From Felis catus (Eukaryota), in contig NC_058368.1 of NCBI RefSeq assembly GCF_018350175.1, positions 80,850,001 to 80,914,000 of the forward strand: a DNA stretch of 64,000 nucleotides, read 5' to 3'. The notes beneath the pieces are model-generated. The model saw only the letters and a program-made list of their open reading frames with translations, had not been told where the DNA came from and made no database searches. This document shows, one piece after another, positions 36,176 through 49,074 of this stretch. Position 1 is the stretch's first letter; the number at the start of each line of letters is the position of its first letter. Position numbers and translations under genes: made by a program.

Positions 36176-37158
36176 ATCTTTCTCTCTCTTTTTGGAATAT
36201 ATATGTGTGTATGTGTGTGTGTGTGTGCCTGTGTGTGTGTGTGTGTGTGTATCTGGATTATATATTATATATGTCTAGATTATACAGATGGATATCTGTA
36301 TGTGTATATATGACAGGCACAGAGATGTGTATGTACATACAGAGGTAGAGTTGGAGAATTGTCTCTGTGTGTATATACAGACAGATCAGACAGACAGCTA
36401 GATAGATCTAGATGGATACCTGTATATCCACCTGATGACTGTGGGAGATTAACCTGGTTGGCTTACTCACTTCCTGTAACGTTTGGCACTTCTCAGGTTG
36501 TTCTGACATACAGGACCTCCTCTGTTCTAGTAGAACCCTCTCGGGAGGTAGGACAGGTGCATTGTCCGTTTTTCCTCCTGGCTGAATGGCTTCGCTAAGA
36601 CGCACCCAGCTGGCTGGAGACAGAGCCGGCCTGTGAAGAGGTCCCTGGTGTTCCGTCCATCGCTGTCCACATTCTCCCAGCGGAGGCCGTGCCGCGTTCA
36701 CGTCAGAGGGAGTCTGAAATGGGATCTATTTGGCCATCCCTGTTCGGAAGTTTTCTGTAACGGGAGCCTCGGCAACAGTGTCCACGGGGAACATTTTCAG
36801 CCACGGGGGAGCGTCGTGTCAAAAAGAAAATGCCACGTCTTCTGTCAAGGAAAGGAGCCCCCGAGTCCGGCCCAAATAGGCACTGCTTATTCTGGTTCAG
36901 CTTCGCTCAGCACTGTATTCTGGGGTCACTACTGTTGATAAGAAGCAAAACTTCTTTTTCTTTTTTCTCTTCAAAGAGAGGCATCTTGGATGCCATTGCC
37001 AACTTTGCCGTGGTTCTGTGGCCAGAGAGAAACTGGCATTGCCTGAAACTCAATTGTTACTTAATTTGTTCAAAAGCGCTAGAAAATCTGGAAGAAAGGG
37101 CAGTGCGGGATGTTTTCCTGGTCAGGTTTTATTTGTTTCTGCACTTTGAGAAACTCTT

Positions 37159-37386
37159 TTTTTTTTTTTTAATTTTTTTTTTAAGTGTTTATTTATTTTT
37201 GAGACCGAGAGAGACAGAGCATGAATGGGGGAGGGTCAGAGAGAGAGGGAGACACAGAATCTGAATCAGGCTCCAGGCTCTGAGCCGTCAGCACAGAGCC
37301 CGACGCGGGGCTCAAACCCACAAACCGCGAGATCATGACCTGAGCTGAAGTCGGACGCTTAACCGACTGAGCCACCCAGGCACCCC
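37159..37386 (-). mobile_element. Can-SINE (felid)
   Basis: Full antisense body; TSD GAGAAACTCTT at 37148-37158 and 37387-37397. Confidence 0.97.
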
Positions 37387-37700
37387 GAGAAACTCTTGAC
37401 AAGTAGACTGGGACACTTCCTGGTCATTCTTGTTCCTGGAGGATCTGACTCCAGAGCATTTTTGGCATGTTCAAAACTGTGTTCTGAGGAACATTTTTTT
37501 TTTTTTTACAGCTAATTAGTGTTGTATAAAAAGACTCTGCAGGACAAACAGATGCATCAAATGATTCACAGTCAACCTTGTTCTCAGTGAGCCACGTGGT
37601 CTCCAGCGTCCTACGGTTCTGGGAAATGTGGTGAAGATATGCCTGGTTTTTGTTGAGCCTAGCGATTCCCAAATCTGTGAACTGCAGAGCCCCCGTTTTC

Positions 37701-37924
37701 TTTTCTTCTTTTTTAAAGTTTATTTTTTGAATTTATTTTGAGTGAGAGATAGAGAGCAAGTGGGGGAGGGGCGGGGGGGAGAGGGAGAGAGAGATTGAGA
37801 ATCCCAAGCAGGCTCCACACTCCGTGTAGAGCCCGACGTGGGGCTCGGACTCACGAACTGTGAGATCGTGACCTGAGCCGAAGTCGAGTCAGACGCTCAA
37901 CCAGCTGAGCCCCGCAGGTGCCCC
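37701..37924 (-). mobile_element. Can-SINE (older subfamily)
   Basis: GAGAATCCCAAGCAGGCTCC...GAGATCGTGACCTGAGCCGAAG...CAGGTGCCCC. Confidence 0.9.
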
Positions 37925-38754
37925 GAACCCCGCTTTTCATTGGTAATTATTAACATCTACGTTGGCAACTTCTCCCGTCTATTCTTTTGGGCTGAAGTTT
38001 GCAGTAACACCTCGTTTGATCGTTAGGAAAAACAAGGTATCAGCTCCATTTTCTACTTAGGAATCTGTTCCTTCTGGGCTTTTCTCTACAGAAAGGTGCA
38101 GAGAGCATGAATATAGCTTGCAAATGTGTGTATTTAGGAGTGCAGGATGCTCTTAAAGTGTTGCATTTTAGGAGAGCCTAACCTGTAAACCGGGCGGTGA
38201 GGGGCAGATAGGCCTTGCTGAGTTAGGCCTGCTTCCCAGCGCTGGCGGCTGGCGGTGGTACGTGGGGCAGCTCACAAGATCCCTGAGCACAGCCCCGCCT
38301 TGCTCTCCTGGGTTCACCTCCACTCACTCTGCTGTCTGCACAGTTTGGCACCTCCTGTTTTCCTCCGTCCCCTTCCGTTGCCTTCTTCAAACCCAGATCC
38401 TGGGTTTTCCTGACCTTACTGTCTTCCGTATGTGTGTTCGTGTGTTCTGGGTCACGTGTTGACGGGTTGCCTGCCGCGTGCACGATGCTGTGGGTGCAAG
38501 ACCCAGAACGGTACCAGGACAGTCGCCCTGTGCGCGAGAGCCTCTCAGTCCAGCTAAGGAGAGGCCTCTGGGAGGGAATTGCTCGGATCTGCCTCAGCTT
38601 CGCGGCCTGCTCCAACCCACCTTCTCCAGGAGGTGACATTCCCTGGGCCACGTAAGCCAGCGCTGACCTCCCGCCCTTGGAATTTTCATGTCAGTGTAGT
38701 CTGCTCTTGTCCCCTTACTATTTATTTACTTACTTATTTTTCCGCACTGAGTTG

Positions 38755-38952
38755 TTTTTTTTTTAATTTAAATCCAAGTTAGGTAACATCTAGTGTAATA
38801 ATAATTTCAGGAATAGAATTTAGTGATTCATCACTTACATATGACCCCCAGTGCTCACCCCAGCAAGTGTCCCCTTAAGGCCCCTCGCCCATTTAGCCCG
38901 TCCCCCCACTCAGTACCCCACCAGCAACCCTCAGTTTGTTCTCTGTATTTTA
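38755..38952 (-). mobile_element. Carnivore L1 3' UTR fragment
   Basis: AGTGATTCATCACTTACATATGACCCCCAGTGCTCA...CCCTCAGTTTGTTCTCTGTATTT is antisense to the type of 3' UTR seen at 6770-7040. Confidence 0.85.
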
Positions 38953-39339
38953 TTATTTAAATGGAGCCGACTGTGTGTTCCCTTGGCTACTTGGTGGGGT
39001 TGAAAACCAGGATCATGTGTCAGGGCCCCCATGGTGCTAGGAGTGTGCACAGTGGGTGGTTGCCGGATTCCCCCTAACTCGACACTCACTGAGCGCCACG
39101 TCGCAGCCCAGGACTAGGGGCTGGGGTACGAGAAGGGGGGACACTTAAACCTTTCTTCGGGTGTTCGACGCCCAGAAGGCGAGTTCCTCATCAGGGGCTA
39201 AGCTAAAAGTCCCCGAATTCCCCTCCCACGAGAGCTGTGCCTTTACAGCACTGTGACCCAAACCCAGTAAGCAGTGGGTTTTAAGTCGGCACTCTGCATA
39301 CACGTTTGCCCGCACACCACACTGACATTAAGGTGTCGC

Positions 39340-39705
39340 ACAACTTTGCAGGTGTGGTCAGGTGAAGAGGGTCCCACTGGAGTAGCTCAGGTCTTCAACT
39401 CCATATGACTTCCTAGGAGGAGGAAGTTTGGACACAGACTCACAGGGGAGAAGCCACGTGGCAAGGGGGCCGCGGGACGGAGCATGCACCCACAGGCCGA
39501 GGAGCACCGCGGGCCGGGGGCCACACCAGAAGCTGGGGACGTAGGAAGAAGTAAGGGAGGCTTCTCCCCTGGGGCCGCCAGAGGGGGCACGGCTCTGCTG
39601 ACGCCCGAGTGTTGGGCCTCCGGCCTCCAGAAGACACATTCTGGTTGTGTTAAGCCGCCTGGTTTCTGGCAATGAGTTACGACAACCTAGGAAACGAGTG
39701 ATACC
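39340..39705 (+). mobile_element. MaLR LTR (MLT1B/C-like)
   Basis: CTTTGCAGGTGTG...GGACACAGAC...CACCAGAAGCTGG...GGCCTCCAGAA...TTAAGCCGCCTGGTTT...CCTAGGAAACGA. Confidence 0.7.
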
Positions 39706-40134
39706 ATCACAGAGTTGTAAACAGGATGATAAACGTGACCCCATTTGCTTTTTTGAGAAAACCCAAGTACTGTGGGAAAGGAAGGTGGGGACCAGGAAGG
39801 TGAGGCCTTTATATCAGCCACGGGGGCATCGGAAACCGGTGTGGCCCTCAACCGCATCGCCTGCCACCCTCTTCTCCTGTTCAACTCCACGCCTGGCTGG
39901 GTGTCCAGTCTCTACTTGGTGGCCGGACGGCCTTCAGACCAGCTCATGGGTTCCTCTCTTTCTTAAATCCCCGCCTAATGTGGTCTGCTCGTCCCTCCGT
40001 CGTTTCACTAGAGCTGTTTCCTGGGAGCGCTTAATATTAGGAACCTGTCCTGAGAAAGGCTGGAGTTTTTCTTGGCGCTTGGTGTTACATCTGGCTTCAC
40101 CAGTGAACCCATTTGGTGGCTCTGGCGGGCGACT

Positions 40135-40285
40135 CTGCGGTGTTTGCACTGTCTGGAGACATTCTAGCTGTCACAGCAGGCGGGGCGGGCCTGCCGACGG
40201 TGTCTCGCTGGTAGAGCCCAGGGACGCCGGCCATCTCACAGGCGCAGGCCAGACTGGAACAGCCGAGAACGTCAGTGGTGCTGGG
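40135..40285. mobile_element. MER20-like fragment
   Basis: TTTGCACTGTCTGGAGACATTCTAGCTGTCACA...GGTAGAGCCCAGGGACGCCG...AACGTCAGTGGTGCTG. Confidence 0.65.
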
Positions 40286-42004
40286 GTCACTTCCTCTCCA
40301 CGCTCGCGCTCTCTCGTCTGCAAGAGCGCTTCCGTCGGGCCAGTGTGAGCACGGGGTGAACAATACACACGGTTCGACAGTGCCGGGCTTAGGTCCTCAC
40401 TTAAAGGCCTGTCCCGTGCCCCTGGGTGCCCACGGCACCAACACCGACACTCCACCCGTGAGTGACCTGCTGCTCACAGTGTGTCTGTCCTGCCACCTTC
40501 CTGTGTCTGCCCGCCACGGAGCGCACTCAAAGTGCCACCCTGGTCGTGCTCAAAGTCTTAGTTATCAGAGGGGACTGGTGTCTTTCTGTCCTCCAGGCCC
40601 TCCCTCTGTCGGGACCTGCTTTTCCCTCCCTCTCCCTCTGGCCCGTTGCTACGAATGCCTCAGGCTTGAGCTGGGCGGTGCTGCTCACATCTGGACGGGA
40701 TTCCCTCACCCACCGTACTCCTGTCCCTCCATCATAGCCCCCGTCTGCCATAGGCCGCTGATTCCTCAGCCGTCCACCTCTCCAGCTTGGCGGCCACCGC
40801 AATGGGGACTGGTTCTGCGGCTGTTCGCACGTCACTGGTTCTCGGCCCTCGGTGCCCTGCTTGGCACGTGGTTGGTACGGAGCAGACACCGGCCCAGCGA
40901 GTGAAGGGGTGGCCGACCTCCACAGGTAGGCTGAGCGGTCCGGGAGTGGCCGGCCTGGAGGTGCAGACAGAGCAGGAAAGTGTCGGATCTGGAACGGGCC
41001 GGGTGGGGGTTGTCCACCAGCCCCGTCTCCCCCTCCCCTGCACTGTGTAGGTGTCATGGCACCAGAGAGGAGAGTTTGTCACGTCTGAGGTGTGAGATCG
41101 CTCCCTCTTCGTGTCTTCCAACCACCTAGAAGTTGTTTTATTTTGCTCCTTCCGCTGGTACTTTTGTTACGTCGCCCAGTTACTGAGTGCAAAGTGTGAA
41201 GGATTCCTGTCCTCAAACCCTCGCCGCTGAAGGAGAGAGAACGAGATGAGCGTTCATAATACCGGGAAGAGGTGAGCATGTGCTCAAAGGCACGGAAGGT
41301 TCCCGAGGGGGAGGTTGGCTTTGGAGGATGCCGGGAGGGTGAGGGGAGTCTCAAGCGCCGACCGGGACGGGGGTCAGGGAGGCAGGGGGTGCAGTGGCGT
41401 GCGGACGTCCCGAGGCGGGAGCCGCTCCGTGTCTGCGGGTTGGCAGGGGTGCCGTGCGGCTGCAAGAAATGGGAAAGCCACCGGGGGCTGACTTTCCTCC
41501 CGAGACTAGACAGGCAGCTCCCGGTGCCCGCATAGCTGTTGGAAGGCCCAGCAGCGATTCGGCCTGCTGACCTTCGTCCCCGTGCCTGGCCAGTACGTGG
41601 CGGTAAGAAGCCCCGCTCTTCAGCTGTCACATCCGCTGTCAGGCTGGAAGAGGGGCGGCGGGGGCAGGACAGGCCGCGGGGGGCCTCTTGCGGGAGGAAG
41701 GCAGCAGCTTCCTCTGACACCTGGGCCAACCCCCACTTCGGTGCCGTGGGCCACGCTGGGGGGCAGGGAGTGGAAAGGACCCCGGAAGGTCAGAGTTCTG
41801 TCCGCCAGAGGGGCAATGCCCATCATCATGCTCGGGCTGCGGAAGGTGGAGAGAAAGCGCAGACTGAGGCTGGACGAGGGGGAGCCTCGGCTGTCCCGCC
41901 AAGCGGTGGGACCCCACGGAAGGCACGGGAACCGTCGAGGAATTCACCTGTGGAGGGCTGTACTTTACAAAATTATTTATCTATTTTCAAAAGGTGTTAC
42001 TTTT

Positions 42005-42197
42005 GGGGCACCTGGGTGGCTCAGCCATTTAGCTTCCGACTTTGGCTCAGGGCATGATTTCATGTTTCATGGGTTTGAGTCCTTCATCGGATTCGATGTC
42101 AGCACAGAGCCTGCTTGCGTTTCTGTCTCCCTCTCTCTCTGCGCCTCTACTTGCACGCGCACGCGCTATCTTTGTCTGAAAATAAATTAAAAAAAAA
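42005..42197 (+). mobile_element. Can-SINE nested in the tail of an antisense SINE
   Basis: GGGGCACCTGGGTGGCTCAG...TCTGTCTCCCTCTCTCTCTG...AAAATAAATTAAAAAAAAA. Confidence 0.9.
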
Positions 42198-42199
42198 TA

Positions 42200-42312
42200 C
42201 TTTAAAATAAAAGATTTTACTTTTAAATAATCTCTACACCAAATGTAGGGCTCAAACTTACAACCCGAGATCAAGAGTCTCACACTCTAACAACTGAGCT
42301 GCCAGGCGCCCC
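42200..42312 (-). mobile_element. Short Can-SINE without a (CT)n tract
   Basis: AAGATTTTACTTTTAAATAATCTCTACACC...GAGATCAAGAGTC...CTGAGCTGCCAGGCGCCCC; outer TSD GAGGGCTGTACTTTA (41953-41967) vs GAGAGCTGTACTTTA (42317-42331). Confidence 0.85.
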
Positions 42313-43830
42313 TGGCGAGAGCTGTACTTTAGAAGAAGGATCTAGCAGCAAGTTGGGGAGTAGAATGAGCAGGGCAGGAGCGGAGGTGGAGAGAGAGTCG
42401 GGGAGCCCCCGCAGTAGCCCAGCGGAGGCCCGGCCAGGGTGTGGCTTCAAGGAGCAGGGTGGAAACCGAGAGGACAGAGGACCGGGTGCCCAGGCCCAGG
42501 AGGTGGGGTTGGGGATGATGGTGCTGCATCGGAGGGGACAGTATTGGAGTTAGCACCAGAATCTTGTGGGGGTGCCAGAGAATCCCTAGGTGTCCCCAAG
42601 TTCGAGTTCCACCTCAGTCTGCAGCCCCCCCACACACACAGGGTCTGTCTTTTCCAGTTTCAGCGTATGGTTTGGGCACCTTGTGGAGTTCGAGACACTC
42701 TTCTCTTTTTCCACCTGCAGTTTGGGGTGCTTAAAAAGAGCAGCTGTCCTCAAGTCTTCTTCATGAGTCTCAGAAGTGGCATCTAACTCACTCGAAGAAG
42801 TACATCCTCCATAAATAGATTTGGCAGGGAAGCTGGGTGAGGTCCCATGATTATATAAAAACTAGTGTTCATTTTACATAAAATGTCAAGTTGGTCTTTA
42901 AATAGCAGTCTCTGAAGCACAAGCCATTTTATTATCCATTAAGTCATTTAGCATCCACTATACAGTTTTTCAAAGTTATTTTTCCCAGAGGGGTTGCTGA
43001 TACACAGTATGCTTGCAGAAGGGCGCCAAGAGGAGAGGGGAGAGACTGTTGAGAAGAGACGAGCCTACAAGCAACCTCTTTAAACTGTTTGCTTTATGAT
43101 TTAGAGAAAATGCAGATATCAAATTTGAGACAAGGAGTCAAAAAGAAAATCTCTAGATGCTGTCGTGGGCTCAGGGCTGTGTTTGGTGCAGCTCAGTGAG
43201 GCTTGCCCTGCTTTGCAGCTCTAATAGTTTCCATCTCGGACACCCATAGTCCTAAATCTGTCACCCACTTTGAATTCCTGACCAGGACCCCGTATCAGGC
43301 ACAAATGCATCAGAGAGAAGCTGTGACCTCAGGCTGGTGAGAGCCCCATCTGGCTGGGGAGACTGAGTCCGCACACGTAAAGTGACCCAGATGCTCTCTG
43401 AACCGTAGATAACCATAGCCTTACTCTTCATGCTTACTTACTCCTTGCTGCTTCTCATTTTAAAATGCCAGGATAGCCCTGGACCCCTCCTCCAGTCCCT
43501 GCTCCCACCGCGCTGGACTCATCCCCAGGAGGGTAACTCCCTCCAGCTCTTCGTCTGAAGTTGAGCCTCAGGGAAAGTTAAAATGTGCGTGTGTCCCAGA
43601 CCTCTGAACTGTGTATGGCTCACCCTGGAGGGCCCAGGGTCCCTTGATATAAACACAAGGGGCCCGTGTGTTCTACGGTGTTGGGCGTCATGTGACATTA
43701 GGGTTGAAGGTGGCTCGTGAGGACGGCTCCTGTCACTTGTATGTGTGTCAGTGGTCCCTTACTTTTCTGGGTGTGGCTCACCAGGGGGTGAGTGTGGTTT
43801 GGAAAGAGGACTTCCCATGAGGTGGAGTGC

Positions 43831-43940
43831 TTTTTTTTTTTTTTTTTTAAGTTTACTAAAAAATAAATGAACCTGCAAGATCATAACTTGAGCTGAGTTC
43901 AAGAGTCAGAGGCTTAACCCACTGAGCCACCCAGGCGCCC
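43831..43940 (-). mobile_element. Internally deleted Can-SINE
   Basis: T-tract joined almost directly to the head ending TGAGCCACCCAGGCGCCC; TSD GTGGAGTGCTTT (43822-43833) vs GTGGAGAGCTTT (43945-43956). Confidence 0.85.
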
Positions 43941-44229
43941 GGGAGTGGAGAGCTTTGAATTCCTTTTGTGGAGGACCAGATGGCAAGGTCAAGCAGGGCG
44001 CTGTGTCCATTGGGTAAGGCCTGCTCCGTTTCACCCAGCGGCGGCCTCGTGGTCCTGAGCTTGAGTCTGTCCTGGGTGCTCTAACTAATGCAGGCAGCCG
44101 GGATCTTGCTGTCCTAACGTCGTTCCTGGGATTGTTTGTCCATTCCGACCCTACCTGGCTCTCTCAAAGTTGAAGCTGTTTCATTGGGGTGCTGCCTTGG
44201 ACCAGTCAAGCATGGGATTTTTTTCTAGG

Positions 44230-44526
44230 GTGTGCTAGCTTGGGGTGCTGTAACAAAATACCACAGATTGGCCGGCTTGTCAACAGCATAAATTTAAGAC
44301 CCAGTGCTGGCCGACTTGGTGTCCGGGGAGGGCTCTCTTCCTTGCCGCAGATGGCCATCCTCTCCTTGTGTCCTCCTTTGGTGGAGAGGAAGACATCATC
44401 TCTCTCCATGTGTCATCTCTTAAGGCCACTAATCTCACTTGTGAGGGCTTCATCCATGTGACCTAATAAATACCATCACATCACAAATTTGAACATGTGA
44501 ATTTTGGGGGAAACAGTCTGTAACAC
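44230..44526 (-). mobile_element. MaLR LTR fragment (MLT1A/B-like)
   Basis: GCTGTAACAAAATACCACAGATTGG...CTTAAGGCCACTAATC...AACATGTGAATTTTGGGGG...CAGTCTGTAACA. Confidence 0.7.
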
Positions 44527-45869
44527 AGGAGTAAAATTCAAGATATTTAATAACTCGTATGCCATGGATATAACCAGACAGAATAAGCCTCAGCTGTTGT
44601 ACAAGGGCGTGTCCAAGAAGCCCCTGTCAGCCAGGGATCAACCTGGGGGTTTTTGGGGTGGTCAGTGCAGCAAGGCATACGCAGGGAACGAAAGGCTGTA
44701 GCTATCTACCAAGTCCCGGGCAGTATTTCAGTAGCTTAACATCTGGCACAGCTCTATCCACTGCTTACTGGATGAATATCAGTTTAATTAGCTTGAAGCT
44801 CATGAGTCTGTCCTGCTTGGTTTCCCCCTCCCTGCTGCTTGGAAATTTTGGAATTCCAGGGTCATCTTTTGTTGCACTGTAGGACTTGAGGGCAGATATG
44901 TACCCAGGATATCTGCTTCCAGTTCCCAGAAAGATAGTGTCTAAACTATTGTCTGTTCCCTTTGACCTGCAAACTTCCCACTTCATATCATTTTTCCAGT
45001 AAAATAACACTATTTATTACTCTAATCCTGAAACTCAGCACCTCTTCCTAAGGACTTGAACCTATGGATTTTCCCGTGGACTCGGACACCTGCTGTGTGC
45101 CCATTCTGTGTCTTTGCTGGGGCCACATCCCCATGTGAAATGCCCCTCTGTCCACCTTCAAATGTCCCAGGCTGCTTATTACTTACGGCTAAGTTAAATG
45201 TTCTCCCCCACCTTTCTTACCTCGTCCATTTCCTTCACTCTTCTAATTCTTCATTGGCACCTCTCACAGACCCGTCACTTTCCACTTTGGATGGCAGTTA
45301 TGTCTCTGCGCACCTGTCTCCCTGGCTGTGCTGTGACATCTCTGAGCCTAAGACTCTGGCATAGATCTTAATGTTTCCTGAGTGCCTCTGGCAACATAAA
45401 GATGTTTTATATGGTGATAAACTGAGGGAAGGACAAGTTAATAATTGTTCCTGGCATTTGTAGGAGGTAGAGGATTTACTGATATTTTGCATTCCGGAGT
45501 TCACCTGAATTTTACAACAATCTGTAAGCCAAGTTGGTTATGAGGTTTATATAGTGGGTAAAATTTATAATCTAAGTAGGTTATAGCAATAAATTACAGA
45601 ATTGAATGGAGATAGCCATTATCAATTATTCAATGAATCTTTGATAAATCTAAAGATTCATGTCAACTGTGATCCTGGTTTTAACTCAACAGATTGTGAC
45701 ATGAACTCCTGTTTTAGCATTTCTCCTAAATAAATGGCTCTGGGTCGATTGGGCTGAGCTTTATGTCAGCCCCAGTCCCATATGCCTGTGAACCCAGGAC
45801 ACAGACATACATGGTTGGCTAAGGTTTCCAAGCGGCTTTCAGCTTATTTGGGGAGACAGGGGAGCAAAT

Positions 45870-46340
45870 CTATGAGATAACAAGTGTTTGGTTACCTCTT
45901 GCCGTGTAATCAACCCAAACAGCAGCTACGTCTCATGATTCTTTCTGCAGGTGGACTGGGCTCAGCGGGGGTGGGGGGAACCCTTCCATAGGGCTCACTT
46001 GGAGCTATCCGTGTGGGTGCGGTCAGAAGGTGCTGGAGTCATCTGCATCCTAAACATTGATGCTGAGGTTCGGGGGCCTCCCCTCTCCAGGTGATGCCCA
46101 TATGGTCTCTCTGGTCTTTCCAGTAGGAGGGTCGACTGTGTACACAGTGGTTGGGACCTTCCACACACTGTGTCCCAAGAAGAGGGCACAGAACATGCCG
46201 GTCCTCTTAGCAGCAAGGCCTGAGCCTGGCACAGTGTCATTCTAGCACATTCTCCTGGTTCATGGAACTCAGGTCCAACCCAGATGCAGTGTGAGAGGTC
46301 CAGCCCAGGAGGCATGGCCACAGCCACCACTGGAGATGAG
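45870..46340 (-). mobile_element. Old MaLR LTR (MLT1F-H-like)
   Basis: TCTCATGATTCT...GACTGGGCTCAGCGGG...GGCTCACT...GCTGGAGTCATCTG...CTGGCACAGTGTCATTCT...CAACCCAGAT. Confidence 0.55.
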
Positions 46341-46759
46341 CCAGCACACAGAGCAATGGGTGGGTTTTAGGAATGTGCACAGGCTGCCCTGGGAGCACAG
46401 AGAACCTCAGATTCAGGGCAGAGATGGTTTCTGCAAGGTAATGAATCTAGAGCACATGTGGGGTTTTTTTTCTGTTTTTTTTTTTTTTTGCAGTAAGATT
46501 TAGCCAAATGAGAAAGGAATACTCAGTGAGTGAATGAATTAACAAGTGAATGAGTAGAGTCAGAAATAGAATATTGGGGTTTTCTATAAAAAAAAACTTA
46601 AGGTGGGAGGCGTGGAGATAATATGGAAGGCATTTTGGAGATGTGTAGACATGGAATGGAAGGATCATTCATCAACATGAAAAATGTCTGTCTTTTCACC
46701 ACCCAGCTGGCATCACATCACTGCTGCAATCATGGGGACACATGTGCAGCGCACCAGCT

Positions 46760-48395
46760 CTGTACATGTTTAACTTTGACCTAGAGGCTTCAGCCAGTAA
46801 AATAGGACAGAAAAAGGAAAGAGGCAGTTTCAAGATAGAGAAGGTAATGTTGTCGTTTCAGATTAAGATTACCTAGAAGACCCAAAAGAATCAATGGAAA
46901 AACTATTGGAATAATGATTGAGTAGCGTAAGGTAACTAGTCACAAACTAAATGTTCAAAAATGGAGAGCTTTCTTCTACACCAATGGTAGTCAGATAACA
47001 TCACTGGGAAGACGTTCAGCAGGAGCTACAAAAGTTTACCTAAGAGTTAACATGACAAGAACCAGACCAGGACCGAACCCAAGAAAATTATAACTCTACT
47101 GTATGACAAGAGAACACAAAAAGAGGTTTCGGTGATTGCAGGGACATGCTCTGCCCCAGTTGGAAAAACCCAACACTGTAAAGGCATCATGGCTCTCCAA
47201 AGTGATTTGTAGGAGGCCTAAGGCAATTCCTATAAGACTGCAATGGGCATTTTCTTAGAACACGAGATCTTGATCTTTCTTGGTCTTGGGGTTGTAAGTT
47301 TGAGCCCCACACTGGGCACAGAGATCACTTGAAATGAAATCTTAAAACCCAAGAAACTTAGAGAAACCCATGAAATATCAGCAACATCAGATATTCACAC
47401 AGATCATAAAGCTGTAATACTTAAGAGGGTGTTTTGCTGCCGTAAGAGCAGATGGGCAGATCAAAAAGCCAAAAATGGAAACTGCGAAATGGACTCAAAT
47501 ATATAGTTAGTTCACGATAAATGTGATATTTCAGTCAGTGAGAAAGAAAAGGAATATTCTCTATGGAATGCTGAAATAATTGGTTAACCATTTGGAGGCA
47601 AAAAGTTAATTACATAACTTCATATATCATTTACAAAAAACAATACATTGAATGATTAAATGTAAAATAATTAAATCGTTCAGTAAGAAAAAGGAAATAC
47701 AATCTTGGGATGTGGATGGAGGCTTTTTTTTTTTTTTAACAGTAAAGGGAGCAAAGTAACTTGGAGAGATTTGACAATAATAACAAAAAAGAAATAGTTC
47801 TGTGTCTCTCAAAATACATGCAAATTAACCCCAAATGACAGACGAGGTGAAAATATTTGCAACAAAGATAAAGCCACGGTGTATTTTATCCACTACATAG
47901 AGGGATCACAGGGCAAGAAAGTAACACGTAATCTGGTAGAAAACTCAAAGGCAATGTGGAAAAGCAGAAATACAAATGGCTGGTAACTCCCTTAGAAGGT
48001 TCAATTTCTCTAGCAGTTAATGAAGCAGTAGTTAAAATGGGGTGTCATTTCATCTGTTAAACTGGCAAAGAAAGAGATGAGCGTTCCTAGTGCTGAGAAG
48101 GAGAGGCGATGGACACAGCAGAGAGGACTGAAGACAGTGAGTATTTTGGAGTGTAGTCTGACCTCAAGAGTTTTATAAAGTATATATATGTGTTGCCTTT
48201 CGACCTAGCAGTTTCTTATCACAGAACTTATCATAAGAGGAGAATCAAGAATTTGCACACTGTTCATATAGGAATACAGTCAGGGTGTTATGTCTGATTG
48301 TTAAAAACTAAAAACAGCCTAAATGCTTACTTTAAAACATGTAAGCTGTGACATCCATAAAGTGCTACACTGTCCAGCCTTTAGAAATTACTGTT
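46760..48395 (+). mobile_element. Ancient L1M ORF2-region fragment, highly decayed
   Basis: A-rich plus strand with L1 ORF2-like phrases (TACCTAGAAGACCCAAAAGAATCAATGGAAAAACTATTGGAA; AAAATATTTGCAAC; GAAATACAAATGGC; AAACAGCCTAAATG). Confidence 0.75.
47262..47347 (+). mobile_element. Short Can-SINE 3' fragment inside the L1M
   Basis: GGGGTTGTAAGTTTGAGCCCCACACTGGGCACAGAGATCACTTGAAATGAAATCTTAAAA. Confidence 0.7.
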
Positions 48396-48403
48396 TAGAG
48401 GGC

Positions 48404-48608
48404 GGGGCACCTGGGTGGCTCAGTCGTTTAAGTGTCCAACTTTGGCTCAGGTCATGATCTCCCGGTTCATGGGTTCGAGCACCACGTCAGGCTCTGTGCT
48501 GACAGCTCAGAGCCAGGAGCTTGCTTCGGATTCTGTGTCTCCCTCTCTCTCTGCCCCTCCCCCGCTCACGCTCTTTCTCTGTCTCTCAAAAAATAAACTT
48601 AAACAAAA
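48404..48608 (+). mobile_element. Can-SINE (felid)
   Basis: Full sense body; TSD AGAAATTACTGTTTA at 48383-48397 and 48609-48623. Confidence 0.97.
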
Positions 48609-49074
48609 AGAAATTACTGTTTAAAGCATGAAAAGGCAACGCAAAATGTGCACAACAGACGTCAAAGTGAAGCAAAGAGCAACGAACAAACAACAGTAAC
48701 CACAGCACAAAGCCAGGAGGCTGAACCATCAGCGCCGTATCCCGAATAGTCCTTTTTCTCTCCATCTACTCTCCTAGAGAAAGAGCTTAAGTTCTATGCG
48801 GCCGATGACATTTTGAATAGTTACGTTTCCTCTTTGTGCTTTTTGGAACTTTCCACGTTTTCTCCAATGGACCTGTGTCCCTTTTCTTCTTAATCCAAGA
48901 GGAAAATGTGGCTTGAAAAACAAAGCAAACAAATGTTAACTGCGCGTTGCTCAACTCCCGTATTGCTTAGATGTGGCTTTCGGTCCTGCTTTGGGAAGTC
49001 CCAACTCTTGCCTCCTGCTATATCCTTTCCAGGGACCTCAGGGCTGACAAATGTACCAGGACAAAATTAGTTGT

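Noticed and set aside
39574..39590. CTCF-like GGCCGCCAGAGGGGGCAC, with similar sequences near 41802 and 62950
   Set aside because: Each misses the conserved GGC position of the CTCF core, and the first lies within an MLT1 LTR.
45633..45661. Hairpin ATGAATCTTT-N9-AAAGATTCAT
   Set aside because: Ten-bp AT-rich arms are expected about once by chance in 64 kb.
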